Part shown: positions 60,785-64,000 of the stretch, piece by piece
Numbering within the stretch: position 1 is the stretch's first letter
How the letters are laid out: each line of letters opens with the position of its first letter
Source of the DNA: Lachnospiraceae bacterium
GTDB lineage: Bacteria; Bacillota_I; Bacilli_A; RFN20; CAG-826
Direction: 5' to 3'
Assembly (NCBI GenBank): GCA_963643725.1
Contig: CAVILR010000002.1
Location: forward strand, 12,941 to 76,940
DNA length: 64,000 bases
Made by a program: the position numbers and the translations under genes
The notes under the pieces: model-generated
Database searches by the model: none
Told to the model about the DNA's origin: nothing
The model's input: the letters and a program-made list of their open reading frames with translations, nothing else

Positions 60785-61910
60785 GACTTCGCACCGCCTT
60801 TTTCGCATATAAAACAACTTCGCCATCGTTAGAGCCGACAACGTCACCCTCATTTACAAGAGAATACGGGGCCACGACTGCGTTTTTCACAATCGCACCT
60901 TTTTTGATTTTTGCACCCGTCATCAATACCGAATTCTCAACAACAGCATTTTCCGAGATGACAACTTCGTTTGAAACGACAGATTTTTTAACCTTTCCTA
61001 AAATGATTGCACCTTGATTAATTAGTGAATCACTAACTAAAGCGCGACTTCCGATATATTGAGGATGTGAATTAGTATCTTCGCTAAAAATCAAATTGCC
61101 TTTTGTAATATCCGCTAAAGTGGTACCCTTCTTGAGCAAATCCATATTAGCTTCGTGAAGCGAAGCGATTGTTCCAACATCTTTCCAATAACCCTTATAA
61201 ACATAAGCCATCATCTTTCGACCATCATCGAGCATGGTTGGAATGATATCTTTGCCGAAATCATGCGAAGATTTTGGGTTTTTAGCATCTTCAATTAGAT
61301 ATTTCCTTAAAACTCGATATTTAAATATATAAATGCCCATACTCGCTAAATTGCTAATCGGATGAGCGGGTTTTTCTTGGAATTGGGTTATTTGGCCTTT
61401 CTTATCGGTAACTAAAATACCAAAGCGACTAGCTTCAGAAATTGGCACTTGATAAACGGCGATCGTACAATCGGCGTTATTATCTTCGTGTTGGGAAAGC
61501 ATTTCATCATAGGTCGTTGAATAAATATGATCGCCTGAAAGAATTAATACGTATTCGCAATCGCAGGAATCAAGAAAATCTAAATTGCAATATATAGCAT
61601 CTGCCGTACCCTTAAACCAATTTAAACCTTCTTCGGTTTGTCGAGGAGTTAATGTCGATAACAGTGAACGCACGCCATTAAGACCCCATTTTCCTCCGTT
61701 GCCAACATATTGATCTAATGCAACGGATTCATATTGCATCAATACGCCAACTGTGTGAATTCCTGAATTTGCACAGTTAGATAAAGGAAAATCGATGATG
61801 CGATATTTCGCCCCAAAACTAACCGCGGGTTTAGCAATTTTTTTCGTTAATGCTTCTAGTCTTGTACCCTTGCCACCGGCGAGAATCATAGCAACCATTT
61901 TTTCAGCCAT
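60777..61910 (-). CDS. glgC: Glucose-1-phosphate adenylyltransferase
   Basis: 377 aa beginning MILAGGKGTRLEALTKKIAKPAV, with a C-terminal LbH domain. Confidence 0.9.
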   Translation of the reverse strand: MAEKMVAMILAGGKGTRLEALTKKIAKPAVSFGAKYRIIDFPLSNCANSGIHTVGVLMQYESVALDQYVGNGGKWGLNGVRSLLSTLTPRQTEEGLNWFKGTADAIYCNLDFLDSCDCEYVLILSGDHIYSTTYDEMLSQHEDNNADCTIAVYQVPISEASRFGILVTDKKGQITQFQEKPAHPISNLASMGIYIFKYRVLRKYLIEDAKNPKSSHDFGKDIIPTMLDDGRKMMAYVYKGYWKDVGTIASLHEANMDLLKKGTTLADITKGNLIFSEDTNSHPQYIGSRALVSDSLINQGAIILGKVKKSVVSNEVVISENAVVENSVLMTGAKIKKGAIVKNAVVAPYSLVNEGDVVGSNDGEVVLYAKKAVRSHE

Positions 61911-62010
61911 ATTCTTTCTCCATTAATTCGATTTTAAAAAATATAATATTTTTCACTAGTATTTTAGCATAGACAAAAATGCGGATAAATAATTCGTTTG
62001 TTTTAATTTA

Positions 62011-62490
62011 ATGTTTTATAATAACAAAGTGGCAAAAAAACAAACTGAACGATTATACATATCGAAGAAAAGAATTATCCTTCTATTTATCGCCTTTTTC
62101 GCTGTTTTAGAAATCGTTTTTTATTTTAGTTTTCAACAAGGAGAGTTTTTTCCATTTAATACGAGTTTTTATATCTACACCCCGATATTATTAGGATTAA
62201 CAATTTTCTTAATCGTCGTCTCAATTACTCAGACATATTACGTTCTTAATAAAACAAAAATCGTTCATGTCAAGATGGGAAAAACATTTGAATATTATTA
62301 TAAAGATATAATTTTCATCGATGAAAAGTGGTCGAGAAAGCATAAAATGCTTTTATTTTATAAAAACAATGGACACAGCTATTATTTAGCATTTGATAAA
62401 GATGGTCTAATTTTAGAATATGCATTGACTTATTCTCATCTAATAAGCGAAGAAGAATTTGCCGTGCGTTTTCCAAATGTAAAGCTCTAA
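62011..62490 (+). CDS. Hypothetical membrane protein (two N-terminal TM helices, soluble C-terminal domain)
   Basis: 159 aa with no recognisable motif. Confidence 0.4.
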   Translation: MFYNNKVAKKQTERLYISKKRIILLFIAFFAVLEIVFYFSFQQGEFFPFNTSFYIYTPILLGLTIFLIVVSITQTYYVLNKTKIVHVKMGKTFEYYYKDIIFIDEKWSRKHKMLLFYKNNGHSYYLAFDKDGLILEYALTYSHLISEEEFAVRFPNVKL

Positions 62491-62576
62491 TTTTTGTGTA
62501 AAAAACTTTAGTTTACATGCCTTGAAAGCTATGATAAAATAGCACTTGCAATTTTTAGAAAAAGTGAGGTTGTCTT

Positions 62577-62765
62577 ATGTCTAGAGTATGTCAAATAAGT
62601 GGTGTTGGAAGAATCAGCGGTAACGCTCGTTCACATTCTCACATCGCCACACGTCGTGTCTGGAATGCAAATTTACAAAAATATCGTATGAACATCAATG
62701 GTCATATGGTTACAGTTCGCATGACCGCTCGCGCTCATCGTGCACTATTAAAAAACGCGAAATAA
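62577..62765 (+). CDS. rpmB: 50S ribosomal protein L28
   Basis: 62 aa beginning MSRVCQISGVGRISGNARSHSHIATRRVW. Confidence 0.9.
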   Translation: MSRVCQISGVGRISGNARSHSHIATRRVWNANLQKYRMNINGHMVTVRMTARAHRALLKNAK

Positions 62766-62786
62766 TTTGCTTTGCAAAATAATTAA

Positions 62787-62808
62787 GAAGGCCTAATGGC
62801 CTTTTTTA
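62787..62808 (+). terminator. Bidirectional intrinsic terminator after rpmB
   Basis: Hairpin GAAGGCC-TAAT-GGCCTT followed by T6. Confidence 0.7.
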
Positions 62809-63483
62809 AATCTTTAATAAACTCAACAAGAAGAGAATCTCTGAGGCGACAACCACCGCTATTGAGAGCCATTCGCTATAAGCTAACGAAATAAATTTAG
62901 GACGAATATAGGAAATTTCCTCTTTATTAGTCACTGCTTCTAGATGCGCCCAATTTTTAAGTTTTGGATTAAATAATAAAAGTATCATCAAAACACATAA
63001 AAGTGATGATAATATGCCAAAAATTAAATAATAAGTTCCATTTGATGCAACGCGCATATACGTAGAATAAGATAAAAAGAAATGTAATGCGGTTAATGCG
63101 CTTGTCAAAAACGCTAAACAAAATAATCCGGTCATAATTTTGAAATGAACATTTAAAAATGATGTCGAAATCTTGTGGATAAGAGCGATAACAAATCCAG
63201 AAATTCCAAATACGCAGGCGAGTAATATATTAAAAATTGCTAAATCAGCACTCTCACCAAAACAAGGAATAATCACTAATAGAGGAGCAAAGGATATTCC
63301 AGCAAAGACATAAAGCAATATATCGCTTGTTCTATTCACTAAAAATTCAAAAGGAAATTGGTTAAAAAACGAATAAGTTTTTTTATTCTTCTTAATATTG
63401 ATTAAATTAAAAAGCATAAAAAGAAGAAAAGAAGAGACATAAGCAATAAGCACGAATAGCCAAATGAGGTTAAATTCGATCAT
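62806..63483 (-). CDS. Polytopic membrane protein (about 6 TM helices), unknown function
   Basis: 225 aa, hydrophobic; its start overlaps the rpe stop. Confidence 0.4.
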   Translation of the reverse strand: MIEFNLIWLFVLIAYVSSFLLFMLFNLINIKKNKKTYSFFNQFPFEFLVNRTSDILLYVFAGISFAPLLVIIPCFGESADLAIFNILLACVFGISGFVIALIHKISTSFLNVHFKIMTGLFCLAFLTSALTALHFFLSYSTYMRVASNGTYYLIFGILSSLLCVLMILLLFNPKLKNWAHLEAVTNKEEISYIRPKFISLAYSEWLSIAVVVASEILFLLSLLKI

Positions 63484-64000
63484 CTTAATGAATCAAGCCT
63501 TTCTTTAATATCGTCATGGCCAAACAAATAACTGCCGGCAACCAAAACATCCGCGCCGGCTTTTCGACATTTCCTTCCAGTTACCTCGTTAATTCCTCCA
63601 TCGACTTCTATGAGACATTTATATCCATTTTTATCGATTAAATGACGTAATTTTTTAATTTTTCTTAATGCGCTTGGCATAAATTTTTGCCCGCCTTTGC
63701 CAGGTTCGACACTCATCACGAGAACTAAATCAACTTTATCTAAAAAGGGAATGACCGCTTTAACTTTTGTTTTAGGTTTCAGTGAAATGCCAGCCCTACA
63801 TTTATTGACGTGCAAATTTTGAATAATTTTCGCCGCGCACTTCGGACATTCAACCGCCTCGACATGAAAGGTTATTAAATTAGCCCCAGCTTTAATAAAT
63901 AACGGAGCAACGCTCATCGGATCAGCGACCATGAGATGAACATCGTTAACTAGCGAATGAGAATGCGAAAATTTATCGACATCTTCCGCTTTGTAGGACT
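63480..64000 (-). CDS. rpe: Ribulose-phosphate 3-epimerase (3' part; the gene continues beyond the window edge)
   Basis: I translated the frame upstream of the ORF-track Met and it continues ...SYKAEDVDKFSHSHSLVNDVHLMVADPM with no stop before position 64000. The listed ORF begins at an internal Met; the N-terminus lies outside the window. Confidence 0.85.
   Translation of the reverse strand, partial: SYKAEDVDKFSHSHSLVNDVHLMVADPMSVAPLFIKAGANLITFHVEAVECPKCAAKIIQNLHVNKCRAGISLKPKTKVKAVIPFLDKVDLVLVMSVEPGKGGQKFMPSALRKIKKLRHLIDKNGYKCLIEVDGGINEVTGRKCRKAGADVLVAGSYLFGHDDIKERLDSLR

Noticed and set aside
1-64000. Scan for CRISPR arrays, IS/transposase genes, integrases, rRNA/tRNA genes and recognisable defence systems
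   Set aside because: None found. Every ORF of 100 aa or more has a housekeeping assignment or is a lone membrane/lipoprotein; I saw no repeat-spacer periodicity or terminal inverted repeats.

Overview
This is a gene-dense (about 90% coding), low-GC window from a Bacillota or Mollicutes-like genome that uses the standard genetic code, since TGA is used as a stop codon (for example at the end of rsmH). Nearly all of it is conserved housekeeping content with Bacillus-like local synteny.

Genes present:
- rluD-like, lspA and ileS.
- A very reduced division cluster: mraZ, rsmH, a 54-aa FtsL-like microprotein, ftsA and ftsZ, with no pbp, mur or ftsW genes between them.
- pheS and pheT with a ysgA-like methyltransferase next to them.
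- A dnaE, polA and mutM::coaE operon, convergent with dnaI and dnaB.
- pfkA and a ROK kinase; thrS; infC, rpmI and rplT.
- thiI, a cysteine desulfurase and ezrA; rpsD.
- Glycogen genes split into glgB/glgP (with a trailing dimeric dUTPase) and glgC/glgD/glgA.
- ackA, nrnA, rpmB and a partial rpe.

Regulatory RNA elements I can read directly are three T-box leaders (ileS, pheST, thrS), an L20 leader with an attenuator before infC, and an rpsD leader. I also mapped MraZ operator repeats and several intrinsic terminators.

The window contains six aminoacyl-tRNA synthetase genes. leuS and tyrS have no T-box; they sit inside a tightly packed minus-strand array of about 13 kb whose genes overlap or touch: glgC-glgD-glgA-leuS-coaX-pepV-trmB-pncB-like-ccpA-like-tyrS-lipoprotein. 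leuS is translationally coupled to glgA through an ATGA overlap.

Other points worth a second look:
- An in-frame MutM::CoaE fusion.
- A secreted protein with a TasA/camelysin-type signal peptide and domain fused to a beta-helix, with no sipW in the window.
- A membrane-anchored endonuclease-I-like nuclease carrying a Big_2 domain.
- Two unannotated microproteins.

I found no rRNA, tRNA, CRISPR array, mobile element or recognisable defence system. I do not see a clearly novel multi-gene system; the TasA-beta-helix locus and the aaRS-in-glycogen-operon arrangement are the most unusual things here.
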